DNA of 64,000 nt from Paraspadella gotoi (lineage: Eukaryota; Animalia; Chaetognatha), in the NCBI GenBank assembly GCA_051294375.1, contig CM119264.1, forward strand, positions 26,570,008 to 26,634,007, written 5' to 3'. Made by a program: the position numbers and the translations under genes. Of this stretch, positions 35,731 through 49,350 are shown piece by piece. The first letter of the stretch is position 1. Each line of letters opens with the position of its first letter. The notes beneath the pieces were generated by a model. That model worked only from the letters and a program-made list of their open reading frames with translations. It had not been told where the DNA came from and made no database searches.

Positions 35731-36669
35731 CCGTCATAGAGTGGAAAGACTTGGATGGAATTCTAAATGTCAGCCTCTTGGAATTAACCCTCTTCTCTCC
35801 ACAGAGAAAAAAAGTTCAATCAAAAATTTTGGCTTAAAACTTCTTCGTCGGATTTGAAGTGAAAAAAAGGTAGAGGAATCAATTCTGGAGGAATTTAAAA
35901 AAACCCATTCATTCGTTACGCAAAGATCTACTATCAACACCGTTATCCTACACGAGAAGATAACACAAGGAATCGCTTGCTTCTTGTCTAAAATTAAACA
36001 GAATTGACCTTGCTTACTTGGGAAGCCGAGCAGACCGAGACCAAAATAGGAGCAGCGAGAGAGAGGCGATGAGACGAGAGAGAGATGAATGGACGGCCAG
36101 TGAGAGAGGCGACCATGTATCGAGGAGAGCGACCAGATTCCACGCGACGATGAGACCGCAGTAGTGACCGAGGTGACGAGTACGAGGAGACGAGAGGAGA
36201 GAGCAGTCGAAAAAAAATGTTCATCAGGATCAGAGAAATAAGAAATAAGCATAAAAGAAAGAAAGTGAGTCGGATGGGTTATTTATAAATAGAGGAGAAC
36301 GTAATTGAGTAGGCGGCCCGGTGAGAAAAAAAATAGATTTATTTTTTAATTTTTTTTTTCATCTCATTCCTTTTGTCGTTTTTATTGTTTTTTTTTCTTT
36401 CTTTTTTTCTTTTTTCCTTTGACAATCAGCTGGAGAAGAAAGACAACAGAGAGAAGCTGATTTTCGCCGAGATATCGACAATGACGATAACAGATGACGA
36501 CGACGACGACGACGACGAAGACGATGATGATCAAAGAAGACGACCTCGTCGCCGACCAGAAACGACGATGATGACGACGACGACTCGAGACGCCAAAGAC
36601 GATGGCGACAGTTACGCTGTTTTCGCGTGTTTACGAGACAGACTTAAACGGACTGAACTGGTTCTGATG

Positions 36670-36772
<103 letters not shown>

Positions 36773-37420
36773 CATTCCATTTTTTTTCTTTTGTAATCCG
36801 AATCAATAATTAAAAAGCAAATTTAACGAGTCTCATCAATTAATGATTTCCATTTTCTTTTCTCCCCTCTTCCCTTTTTCCATTTCGTCCTCTTTCATCG
36901 TCCAACACAAAAATCAGGTAAGCGTAAATTCATTCATATTTTTTTACGTAACCGTTGTTTTTAATTAGTATTAGATTTCATACTCGGTGTTGAATAGGAC
37001 ATCATTTCAATTTGATTTAATATAGCTGTTTGCTATAACTTGTAGAGCATCTTCTTGCATCAAGGCATCAAGGTTTTTTTTCAAATTAAGTTTAATCAAC
37101 TCAAATCATTAAGTTAAGTAATAATATGATAGATAATTTTATCATAATTTATTCTTCTAAAAGCAAATTAGGTTTAAAATCTCTAAAACACAAGTTAACC
37201 TTTTCTTAGCTTCCTTGTTTTTACATTTTTATCTTTTTTTTAACTAAACGAAAGCAAAAACAATGCAATGTCCATTTTATCTTATGAAATTGGTACAACC
37301 AATATACAAATTATCCATTTTATATAATTTTTTTATGTACAAATCTTTTTTCCGTAATATTAAATCTATTTCTATACATATTTCCCTGTGAGCTCCGTAA
37401 TCGTCCTGTTATGTTTGCGC

Positions 37421-37422
<2 letters not shown>

Positions 37423-37470
<48 letters not shown>
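37423..37470 (+). repeat. (GTC)16 microsatellite, representative of many GAC/GTC tracts
   Basis: Perfect trinucleotide run. Similar tracts at ~20787, 36495, 39289, 45284 and 52975. Confidence 0.97.
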
Positions 37471-37789
37471 TCCGCGTTTTGCTCTTTTTTTCCTTCTTCA
37501 AAATTCATACGAGACGCAAACTCTTGGATTTTTTTTTTNNNNNNNNNNNNNNNNNNNNNNNNNNNNNNNNNNNNNNNNNNNNNNNNNNNNNNNNNNNNNN
37601 NNNNNNNNNNNNNNNNNNNNNNNNNNNNNNNNNNNNNNNNNNNNNNNNNNNNNNNNNNNNNNNNNNNNNNNNNNNNNNNNNNNNNNNNNNNNNNNNNNNN
37701 NNNNNNNNNNNNNNNNNNNNNNNNNNNNGGGGGGGTGGAGCGAGGGACGAGGAAGAGGAACGGTCGATGGGGATCGAGGGAGAGGAGGA

Positions 37790-39288
37790 AGAGGAGGAGT
37801 CGGTCCCGCTGGGGTGAAAGATCACGAGCAAAGGATGAAGTCGACGGTTTGAGGACAAAAAAAAAGGGATGGAATCTGGAACGAGAAACGGAACAGAAAG
37901 TGAAAGTGGAATCGGGGAAAGAGGAGGAGGAGNNNNNNNNNNNNNNNNNNNNNNNNNNNNNNNNNNNNNNNNNNNNNNNNNNNNNNNNNNNNNNNNNNNN
38001 NNNNNNNNNNNNNNNNNNNNNNNNNNNNNNNNNNNNNNNNNNNNNNNNNNNNNNNNNNNNNNNNNNNNNNNNNNNNNNNNNNNNNNNNNNNNNNNNNNNN
38101 NNNNNNNNNNNNNNNNNNNNNNNNNNNNNNNNNNNNNNNNNNNNNNNNNNNNNNNNNNNNNNNNNNNNNNNNNNNNNNNNNNNNNNNNNNNNNAGAAAGA
38201 AAGAAAGAAAGAAAGAAAGAAAAAAGAAAACATAAACTAATCACTGCGGGGGAAACCGGAGAATAAAAACGGAAATACGATCGCGAAGAAAAAAAAATTA
38301 AAAAAAGAAGAGAGAAAAAATAAAAGCGAAAGCGAGAGAAAAGAAAAAAAGTGAAAATGAAAAAAAGGGAAAAAAATTGAAAATGAAAAAGGAAAAAAAA
38401 ATTGAAAATGAAAATAGAAAAAACGAAATAGAAAAAGAGTTTGTGAAATAAGCGGAAATCCTTGAAGGACGACGACGACAACGACGACGACGAAAGTGAA
38501 AGAACGAGGCGGAAAAGTGAAACCACGTGAAAAGCGTCCAACTGTGAACGCGGAAATTCGAGAATGCGTCTCACTGCGTAAAATGAGTTGAATGCGAGTG
38601 AGTCTGAATTCGTGAAAAGGGGAAAACAGTGAGGGGTAAGGATCTGTGAACGAGAGGTAAACATATCGTTGGGTCTCGAATCAACACTTCGAAATCTCTT
38701 TATCATTTCCGGTATCATGTCAAGATGATTATTGATTAATTCCAATATCGTTAAACCAGAAGAACAAACGTGAAAGTATCTCGTAACGCGTGATAGAGTA
38801 AATATATAATTTTAATGTCACTATAAGAGTCTCACTTATCCGTTAAAAAATAAAAACTAAACCTTCACGTCCTTTGTCTCTCACGTCAAGACTCAAATAT
38901 TCTTTTTTTCCCTTGATTTTGCTCGGAATCACTTTCCTTTCAGAGAAGCAGTTTNNNNNNNNNNNNNNNNNNNNNNNNNNNNNNNNNNNNNNNNNNNNNN
39001 NNNNNNNNNNNNNNNNNNNNNNNNNNNNNNNNNNNNNNNNNNNNNNNNNNNNNNNNNNNNNNNNNNNNNNNNNNNNNNNNNNNNNNNNNNNNNNNNNNNN
39101 NNNNNNNNNNNNNNNNNNNNNNNNNNNNNNNNNNNNNNNNNNNNNNNNNNNNNNNNNNNNNNNNNNNNNNNNGGAGATAGATTGCCATCCATCCTTTGAC
39201 GTGAGTTTGACGTTTTGGTGACGTTCGCTCTCGAACGGAGCCAATCAAATCCCATCTCCTTTTCTGGCGGCGGTTGTTCGTCAATCCA

Positions 39289-39329
<41 letters not shown>

Positions 39330-41744
39330 TGACCATGACAACGACGACCATGACAACGACGACGATCATAACGACGTAGAAAAAGACTCGGAGTGTGACG
39401 ATGACAAGAATCGAATCGGAAGAGATATTTTTTTCGGGGTGAAAGATTAATTTTTTTTTTCTGTGCAAAAAAAATTTTGAATATCGTTCGATGCAGGAAG
39501 CGACCGCGGTAGCGGCGGCAGCGGATTCGGCAGCGGATTCGGCAGCAGCGGCAGCGGATTCGGCAGCAGCGGCAGCGGATTCGGCAGCGACAGCGGAAAC
39601 CAGCTTAGACGTGATTCGATGGAATCGATAGGTGGAAAGATTCTATTGTCAACGATAGAATTCAAGAAGAGAATCGACGATTTTGATTTTGAGTAAAAAA
39701 AAAGGAAAATGATTCCATTCAGTCAGAAGAGTTGAGCCAGTTTTAGATCTGCAATGTCGATGGACCCTTGAATTGTTTCCATTCATGGGTTTTATTCCCT
39801 GTATNNNNNNNNNNNNNNNNNNNNNNNNNNNNNNNNNNNNNNNNNNNNNNNNNNNNNNNNNNNNNNNNNNNNNNNNNNNNNNNNNNNNNNNNNNNNNNNN
39901 NNNNNNNNNNNNNNNNNNNNNNNNNNNNNNNNNNNNNNNNNNNNNNNNNNNNNNNNNNNNNNNNNTCCATCTTCCGTCGCTCCGGAGTTTCGACCGGAGG
40001 ATCAAGATTCTCGATCTCGATCGCAATTCTAAGCTTAAGTTGTTGTTGTTGTTGTTGTCGTCGTTTGTGTCTGTCTTTGTGGTCATTAGTCTGATCAACA
40101 TTGTAGTCGTCGATGTGGAATTTGTCGTTTTCATTATCGTTTGTTGTTCCATGATTCCATCACTTTGTTTTGATCGCCGTCGTCCTCAACTCCTCATACT
40201 AGTGAACGGATGTTGAATTTGTTACAAAAGCTTGCGGTGTGCAGTGTGCAGTGTGCNNNNNNNNNNNNNNNNNNNNNNNNNNNNNNNNNNNNNNNNNNNN
40301 NNNNNNNNNNNNNNNNNNNNNNNNNNNNNNNNNNNNNNNNNNNNNNNNNNNNNNNNNNNNNNNNNNNNNNNNNNNNNNNNNNNNNNNNNNNNNNNNNNNN
40401 NNNNNNNNNNNNNNNNNNNNNNNNNNNNNNNNNNNNNNNNNNNNNNNNNNNNNNNNNNNNNNNNNNNNNNNNNNNNNNNNNNNNNNNNNNNNNNNNNNNN
40501 NNNNNNNNNNNNNNNNNNNNNNNNNNNNNNNNNNNNNNNNNNNNNNNNNNNNNNNNNNNNNNNNNNNNNNNNNNNNNNNNNNNNNNNNNNNNNNNNNNNN
40601 NNNNNNNNNNNNNNNNNNNNNNNNNNNNNNNNNNNNNNNNNNNNNNNNNNNNNNNNNCTCTCTCTCTTTCTCTCTGCGAAAAAAAAGTAACGTGTTTTTC
40701 CGGTTTTAAAACCGTCAAGAAAACTCAATTTACGATTCCGGAAATCTTTTTCGTCTTTCGTTGTACGCGTCGTCATTGGCGGAGTCGTTGTTGTCGTTGT
40801 CGTTGTTGTCGTCGTCCTTTTCTCGTCTTCTTAGTCAAGACGTCCCACTGATCTTTGTCTTTTTTTGTCGTCGAGGTTATTTGTGTTCCTTGTCGTTGTA
40901 CTCTTCTTCCACCTTGTCTTTTTCGTTACTCTGGTCGTCGTCGTCGTCGTCGTCATCGTAGTCGGCGTCCCGTTCTTCGTCGCGGGAGTCCTTGACGTCG
41001 TCATTGTCGCCGCGTTTACGAGCGCCATCTCTGGTTTATTTTGAAGACTCAGTTCGACGTAAAAGTTTGTCGTTTTTTATTCTGAGAAGTTCGATCAATT
41101 TCAAACAATAAATTGGAAGGTTCGGTCCCAGTTTCCAGTCGACTTCATTAATTGAAAGCAACTTTTTTAAAAAGTACTTCTTATACTTTTATTTTTNNNN
41201 NNNNNNNNNNNNNNNNNNNNNNNNNNNNNNNNNNNNNNNNNNNNNNNNNNNNNNNNNNNNNNNNNNNNNNNNNNNNNNNNNNNNNNNNNNNNNNNNNNNN
41301 NNNNNNNNNNNNNNNNNNNNNNNNNNNNNNNNNNNNNNNNNNNNNNNNNNNNNNNNNNNNNNNNNNNNNNNNNNNNNNNNNNNNNNNNNNNNNNNNNNNN
41401 NNNNNNNNNTAAAAAAAAACCTCATTTCCCGCAGAGATTTTTAAGGCCGCGAAAGACCGTTAACGAAGACACGTCTCTCGTTTTTAACGAAGTCTTCGTT
41501 ATAACGAAGTCTCGTCGCGTTTTAACGAAGTCGCGACGCTCTTCGCGCCCCGCGGGAGTTTATTTTCCGCCTCATCAAAGGTAAGTGTCGGGACTGACTG
41601 CTAAACGAGTTCGGGGTAAGTCATGACTCGAATGAGACCCGGGACGAGGAGAAGGAAGTGTCCGTCTGTCTGAGTGGAAAGAAGATTCTCACTCTCAGTC
41701 CGTTTTCTCATTCACTCATTACCTGATACATCCCCTCTATTTAT

Positions 41745-41824
<80 letters not shown>

Positions 41825-44800
41825 GTATTTCCTCGGCCTTTGGTGTTTTCGAATTGTTCCGAGAGTTTTCCCGCCTCCGAAGCAGCCACGTCCACCGCTG
41901 CTGCCGTCGTTGCCGCTGCATCAGCCACTGCTGCCGCTGCCCTCCCACCGATTCATTACCTGATCCTTAATTGCCCAATGCCCGTGGATTGATTGCCCGA
42001 TCGCCCGCTGATCGTTCGTACGACTGACTATTTTTCTCTCTTTTTTTCACAACAGTTCTTTGATCACAGGAGAAAGAGANNNNNNNNNNNNNNNNNNNNN
42101 NNNNNNNNNNNNNNNNNNNNNNNNNNNNNNNNNNNNNNNNNNNNNNNNNNNNNNNNNNNNNNNNNNNNNNNNNNNNNNNNNNNNNNNNNNNNNNNNNNNN
42201 NNNNNNNNNNNNNNNNNNNNNNNNNNNNNNNNNNNNNNNNNNNNNNNNNNNNNNNNNNNNNNNNNNNNNNNNNNNNNNNNNNNNNNNNNNNNNNNNNNNN
42301 NNNNNNNNNNNNNNNNNNNNNNNNNNNNNNNNNNNNNNNNNNNNNNNNNNNNNNNNNNNNNNNNNNNNNNNNNNNNNNNNNNNNNNNNNNNNNNNNNNNN
42401 NNNNNNNNNNNNNNNNNNNNNNNNNNNNNNNNNNNNNNNNNNNNNNNNNNNNNNNNNNNNNNNNNNNNNNNNNNNNNNNNNNNNNNNNNNNNNNNNNNNN
42501 NNNNNNNNNNNNNNNNNNNNNNNNNNNNNNNNNNNNNNNNNNNNNNNNNNNNNNNNNNNNNNNNNNNNNNNNNNNNNNNNNNNNNNNNNNNNNNNNNNNN
42601 NNNNNNNNNNNNNNNNNNNNNNNNNNNNNNNNNNNNNNNNNNNNNNNNNNNNNNNNNNNNNNNNNNNNNNNNNNNNNNNNNNNNNNNNNNNNNNNNNNNN
42701 NNNNNNNNNNNNNNNNNNNNNNNNNNNNNNNNNNNNNNNNNNNNNNNNNNNNNNNNNNNNNNNNNNNNNNNNNNNNNNNNNNNNNNNNNNNNNNNNNNNN
42801 NNNNNNNNNNNNNNNNNNNNNNNNNNNNNNNNNNNNNNNNNNNNNNNNNNNNNNNNNNNNNNNNNNNNNNNNNNNNNNNNNNNNNNNNNNNNNNNNNNNN
42901 NNNNNNNNNNNNNNNNNNNNNNNNNNNNNNNNNNNNNNNNNNNNNNNNNNNNGGCTACCAGAAAAGTCAATTGACAGTTTTTAGACCTGAAAATAAAAGT
43001 GCTTTTCCTAATTTTTCTTCTTTTTTTTGTCGATTCTTTTTTCTTTCCCTCTATTTCTCACTTTTTCCTTTATATTTTCTTTCTTTCTTTTTCTTTTATG
43101 TTTCTTGTTTTTCTCTTTATCTCCCTTGTTTGTTGTTTTGTTTATCTTGGCTTCACACTCGGATGGTTGTCTCCCAAAAAAAGAAAATCCTTGATCTCAA
43201 TTTCCGAATTTCTGCTTTCTCTCTCTCTCTCTCTCTCTCNNNNNNNNNNNNNNNNNNNNNNNNNGGAGGGAATCGGTCCCGCTGAGGACTGTGAAAAGTT
43301 GAAAAAGAAGAAACTCACGGCAAAAGGAGAGATGAACGGTCGACGTATTGAGGACAAAAAAAAAAAAAAAAAAAAAAAGGGATGGAGAATACTGAACGAG
43401 AGACGGGAAACGGAAACAGAAAGTGAAAGTGGAATCGGGGAGAACTCGACACGACCCGAGGAGAGAGGAGGAGGAGAGAGGAAGCGGAGGAGAACGGAGA
43501 GGAGAAGGGGAAAGAAGAGGGACGGCAATGCAGGAAGAACAGGAGGCAAGTGGAGAGGGACAGGACCATGCAAGTAGCAGAGAGGGGGAAAATTAAGGAA
43601 GAAATAGAATAAAACTGTCAATGAAAATTGCCCGCAGATAGGAGAGACGGAGAAGAAAAAGGAAAGAAAGAAAGAAAGGAAAGAAAGAAGAAAGAAAAAG
43701 ACAAGAGAAAAAAAGAAAGAAGAAAGAAGAAAGAAAAAAGGAAAGAAAATAGAAAACCATTAACTAATCACTGCGGGAAAACCGGAGAATTAAAAACGGA
43801 AATCACATTCGGAACCTAGAAAATAACAAAAAAAAATTAAAAAAAGAGAAGAGGAGAAAAAAATAACAAGCAAAAAGCGAGATAGGGAAAACGGGGGGAA
43901 AAAAAAAAAAAAGGTTCTGTTGAAAAGGTGGCGAAATGAAAATGAACAACAAAAAAAAAAAAAAAAAAGAAAAAAAAAAGAGGAAAAATTGGAAATAAAT
44001 GTGAAAATTAATGGAAAAAAAAAAATTGAAAATTGAAAATAGAAAAAAACAAATAAAAAAGATACTGTAGTTTGTAACATACAAGCGGAAAATACCTTGA
44101 AGCGGACGACCCGACAACGAGCCGACCGAAAACAGTGATAGAAAAGAACGAGCCGGAAAAAAGCTCATGAACCACGGTGAAAAAGCGCGTCCAACTATCG
44201 TTGAACCGCGGGGAAATTCGAGACGAATGCGTGCTCCACTGCCTTAAATTTGAGTTGAATGCGATGTGAGTCTGAATTTCGGTGGAAACAAAGGGAAAAA
44301 CAGTGCAGGGGTAAGGATCTGATGTCACGGTCCTCGTCTCATGAAGTCTGCGTGTGAACGAGAGGTTAAACATATTTGGGTCTCGACTCAGCACTTCGGA
44401 AATCTCTGGGCTATTTATTCATTTCCCAGGTACTCAGTCAAGACATGATAATTATTGAATTAATTTCCATTATCTTAAACCAGGAGAACAAACGTTTGAA
44501 GTATATCTCGTTAAACGCGTGGCGACAAAACCCAGTAGAAGTGCATATCAGGGTGTCAAAGAGCTATCAATGTTTAAATGTCACATACTCAAGCTTAGTC
44601 CTGCATCTCACTATCCCGTTTAAAAAAATAAATAAACTAACTTCACGTCCTCTTCGTTCTCTCACAAACGTTCAAGCAGTGCTCATCAATTATTCTTCAT
44701 ATCTTTCGTTTCATTATCTCCCTTGAGTTTAGCCGTGCTCGCGAGATCACTTTCCTTACGCAGAAAGCAAGGTTTTCACCGAGAAGACCAGTACGCGAAG

Positions 44801-45282
44801 CTGACCTCAGTCAAGATCGAGCGATACCGCCCGCCAGTGATTTACCGCAGGCAGTGCATAGACTGGCGAGCCGCGACGAGAGCTGAGGGCGAAGCGAGAG
44901 AGAGGAGAAGGTATAGTGCCGATCTGCATATCGATAATGAATAGGAGGAGAGAGAGAGAGATGGAATCGAGACTCCAGCTTCTCCTTATAAATGAATGGC
45001 GCGAGCGGAGATGGGTACGAGAGATGGAGACACGGAGACAGAGGACACTAGAGACGGAAGAGCCGACAGACAGACGAGAGCGGAAGAGAAGGAGAGAGAG
45101 ACGGAAGGGTTGGGAAGAATACGTTAATATCCATCCATTTCCTTTGACGTTGATGAAGTTTACGTTTTCGTTTGGTGACGTTTCTTCTCTCTTGCTATCT
45201 GGCTTTATCGGCTCTCGAAGGAGCCAATCAATGCCATGCTTCCTTTCTGGCCGTCGGCGGGTTTGTTCGTCAATCCAGACGA

Positions 45283-45325
<43 letters not shown>

Positions 45326-45898
45326 ACGCGATATGACCCATGACAAACGACCACCACGACAACGACGAACGATCATAAACGACGTAAAAACAAAGACTCG
45401 GGAGTGGTACGATGACAAAGAATCGAATCGGAAGAGATATTTTTTTCTCGGGTCGACAAGGATTCAATTTTTTCTTTTTTGTGCAAAAAAACTTTGTTGA
45501 ATAAAATCGTATCGATGCCAGAAGCGGACGCGCACAGGTTTAAGCGGCCGCCGCAGCGGATTGCCGGCAGCGGATGGCAGCAGCGACAGCGGATCGGGAA
45601 TTCGGCAGCACGGGCAGCGGATCGGCAGCGACAGCGGAAACCAGGCTTAGACGTGATTCGATTGGAATCGATTAGGTGGAAAGATTCTATGACGTGATGT
45701 CAACGATAGAATTTTCAAGAGGCACGAATCGACGACTTTTTGATTTTTAGTAACAAAAAAAAAGGGAAAATGATTCCATTCAGTCAGAAGAGTTGGAGCC
45801 AGTTTTAGATCTGCAATATGTCGATGGAACCCTTGAATTGTTCCATTCAATGGGTTTATATTCCCTGTCTCATTGAGCGGAAACTCTCTCTCTTCTCT

Positions 45899-45971
<73 letters not shown>

Positions 45972-46605
45972 CTCTCTCTCCTCTTTCTCTCTCTTTCCAT
46001 CCTCTTCCCGTACACTCGCCGCTCCGGAATGGTTTGTCAACCACTTTTCGTACGGCAGCGGCTATTCAGTCAATTCTCAGATCTTCGATCGCAAATTGTT
46101 CTTAGCTTGTAAGTGTGTCTGTTTGTTGTTGTTGTCCCGTCGTTGCTGTCTTGTCTAACGCTGTGGTCCACTTTAGTCTTAGAATCAACATTTAAGTCGT
46201 CGATGTTGGAATTTGTCGATTCATATCGTTGTTACTGGACCATAGATTCCATTCACTTTGTTCTTTGATCGCCGTCAAGTCCTCAACTCCTCATACTACG
46301 TGAAACGGATGTTGAATTTGTATCTACAAACAAGCTTGCACCGGTGTGCAGTTGCAGTTGTGTGCATACTTCGATGAAATCCCCCCCACCCCACACTCTC
46401 CATTCCAAAAACCGAATTCCCTCGAAAAACACGTGGAAGACAGAAGTGTCGCGCCGGCTCAGGTTCTCATAGGAAAACCGAGGGACGCGATAAATTTCCA
46501 TGAATGTCACCCAATTTAAAAAACAAGCGCAGGTAACCGAACAAAGTCTGTTTGTTTTTTGAAAGCTGAAAAACCGGCGATTCATTTTTAAAAACCATCT
46601 TTTCT

Positions 46606-46657
<52 letters not shown>

Positions 46658-47351
46658 GCTCTCTCCTCTCTCTCTCTCTACTCTATCTCTCTCTCCTCTC
46701 TCTCTCTCTCTTCTCCTCTCTCTTTCTTCCTCTGCGAAAAAAAAGTAAACGTTTTTTCCGCGTTTTAAAACCGTTCAAGAAAACTTTCAATTTACGATTC
46801 CGAAATCTTTTTTCGATCTTTCGTTGTTACGCGGTTCGTCATTGGCGGAGTCGTTGTGTCCGTTGTCGTTGTTGTCGTCGTCCTTTTTCTCGTCTTCTTA
46901 GTCAAGAGTCCCACTGTCTTTGTTCCTTTTTTTGTGCGTCGAGGTTATTTGTGTTTCCTTGTCGTTTGTACTCTTACTTCCACCTTGTCTTTTTTCGTTA
47001 CTCTGGTCGTCGTCGTCGTCGTCGTCATCTGTAGTTCGGCGTCCGTTCTTCGTCGCGGGGTCCTTGACGTCGCATTGCGCCGCGTTTACGAGCGCCATCT
47101 CTGGTATTTTGAAGACTCAGTTCGGACGTAAAGTCTTCGTCGTTTTGATTATTCTGAGAAGTTCGATCAATTGGTCAAAACAATAAATTTGCGAAGTTCG
47201 CCGGTCCCAGTTTCCAGTCGACTTCATATTGAAAAGCAACTTTTTTAAAAAGTACTTCTTATACTTTTTATTTTTTTTTTTTCATTTTAAAGCACCAGCG
47301 AGTGAAAAGCACAAATCTATAAATCACAAATTTCTCTCTCTCACTCAACTC

Positions 47352-47405
<54 letters not shown>

Positions 47406-47435
47406 TCTCCTCTGCTCTCTCTCTCCCTCTCTGCT

Positions 47436-47471
<36 letters not shown>

Positions 47472-47880
47472 CTCTCTCTCCTCTCCCTCTCTCCTCAGAG
47501 TTTTCGTGTCCGACCTACAAAAAAAATCCTCATTCCCGCAGAGATTTTTAATGGCTCGCGCAAGACCTGTTAACGAAGACACGTCTCTCGTTTTTAACGA
47601 AGTCTTCGTTATAACGAAGTCTCGTCGCGTTTTTAACGAAGTCGCGCACGCTCTTCGCGCCCGCGAGTTTAGTTTTCCGCCCTCATCAAAAGGTTAACGT
47701 GTCGGACTGACTGCTAAACACGAGTTCGGGAGTTAAGTCATGACTCGAATGAGACCCCGGGACGCCAGGAGAAGGAAGTTGTCCGTCTGTCTGAGTGGAA
47801 AGAAGATTCTCACTCTCAGGTCCGTTTCCATTCACTCATTACTCTGATACTATCCCCTCTATTTATTTCCCTCTCTCTTC

Positions 47881-47923
<43 letters not shown>

Positions 47924-47935
47924 CTCTCATCTCTT

Positions 47936-47975
<40 letters not shown>

Positions 47976-49350
47976 TCCTCCCTCTCTCTCGTATTTCCTC
48001 GGCCTTTGGTGTTTTTTCGAATGTGCCGAGAGTTTTCCCGCCTCCGAAAGACAGCCACGTCCACCCCTGCTGCGGCGTCGTTGCCGCTGCATCAGCCACT
48101 GCTGCCGCTGCCCCCCACCGATTCATTACCTAGATCCTATAATAGCCCAATTGCCCGTGGTATTGCATTGTCCCGATCAGCCCGCTTATCGTTTCGTACA
48201 CGACTTGACTATTTTTCTCTCTTTTTTTCACAACAGTTCCTTTGATCACAGGAGAAGAGAGAGAGAGACGAGAGAGAGACGAGAGAGATGAGGAGAGAGA
48301 GAAACGAGAGACGAGAGAGAGAGAGAGAGAAGAGAAAGAGGAAAGAGAGAGAAAGACGAGGTGGTATGCTTGTGCTGTCTGCTGTGTGTGGTAAGTGAAG
48401 TATGACAATCACTCTATTCGCCCAGACGTTCATTTTTTTTGAAGGATGCAATCCCATCCCAAAACCTCACCCCCTTCCCCCGCTCCAACAACGCTTCTTA
48501 CTTCGCCTCTCTCACCTTCTCTCCCTCTCTCTTCTCTACTCTCTCTCTCTCTTCTTCTCTCTCTCTCTCATCTCTCTTCTCTCTCTCTCTCTCTCTCTGC
48601 TCATCTTCTGCTGATCCTTTAAATCCTCATAACGACGCGATTATGCAAAACAAGATTTGGAACGACGAATATTCGGATCCGGGTACGAACTGGAAAGGAA
48701 AAATAAGAGCGGGCGGTTTAGCCGAGCCGAAGACGATGCAAAGCTTATAGAATAGAGAGAGAGAGAGGAGGACAGGAGACGGAGGAGAGATCGAGAGAGA
48801 CGAGGAGAAGAAGAGAGAGAGAGAGAGAGACGAGAGCAAGACAGCATAGAGACGAGACAGAGAGAGAGAGAGACAAGACGACGAGAGAGAGGACTACTTT
48901 TATTTTTCTTTAATTATTCAGACTTCTTTTCTAGCTATCTCCAAAATAATATATTGAGTCCATCCGTCGATACCAAACAAGAACGACGACGACGACTACG
49001 ACGGACGACGACCCGACCGGAGCGTGATAACAGCCTTGCGGCTACCAGAAAAGTCACACTCGACGCTTTAGACCTGAAACATAAAAGTGCTTTTCCTAAT
49101 TTCTTCTCTTTTTTTGTCGATTCTTTTTCTATTCACCCCACTAACTAATTCTATCACTTTAATTCACATATATAATAAATAATTCTTCTTCATTTTTCTT
49201 TTAATGTTTCGTAAATTTACTCTATTAATCTCCCTTGTTTTTGTTTTGTTTATCTGGTTCACACTACGGGATGGTATGTCTCCCAAAAAAAGAAAATGCC
49301 TTAGACTCAATTTCCGAATTCTGCTGCTCTGCTTCTCTCTCTCTCTCCAT
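37790..49350 (+). repeat. Tandem direct duplication of ~5.5-6 kb (37790-43239 vs 43265-49350), probable assembly artefact
   Basis: Colinear from TCGGTCCCGCTG to TTTCCGAATT. Copy 1 is clean but N-gapped, copy 2 is gap-free but insertion-rich. They are separated by exactly 25 N. Confidence 0.92.
39508..39597 (+). repeat. GC-rich tandem repeat GCGGCAGCGGATTCGGCAGCA (~21-bp unit)
   Basis: Four GGCAGCGGATTC cores. A noisy second copy lies at ~45545-45640. Confidence 0.85.

Noticed and set aside
41494-41509. loxP-like recombination site
   Set aside because: Shares CTTCGT/ACGAAG with loxP arms but lacks the 13-bp arms and 8-bp spacer, and no recombinase is nearby.
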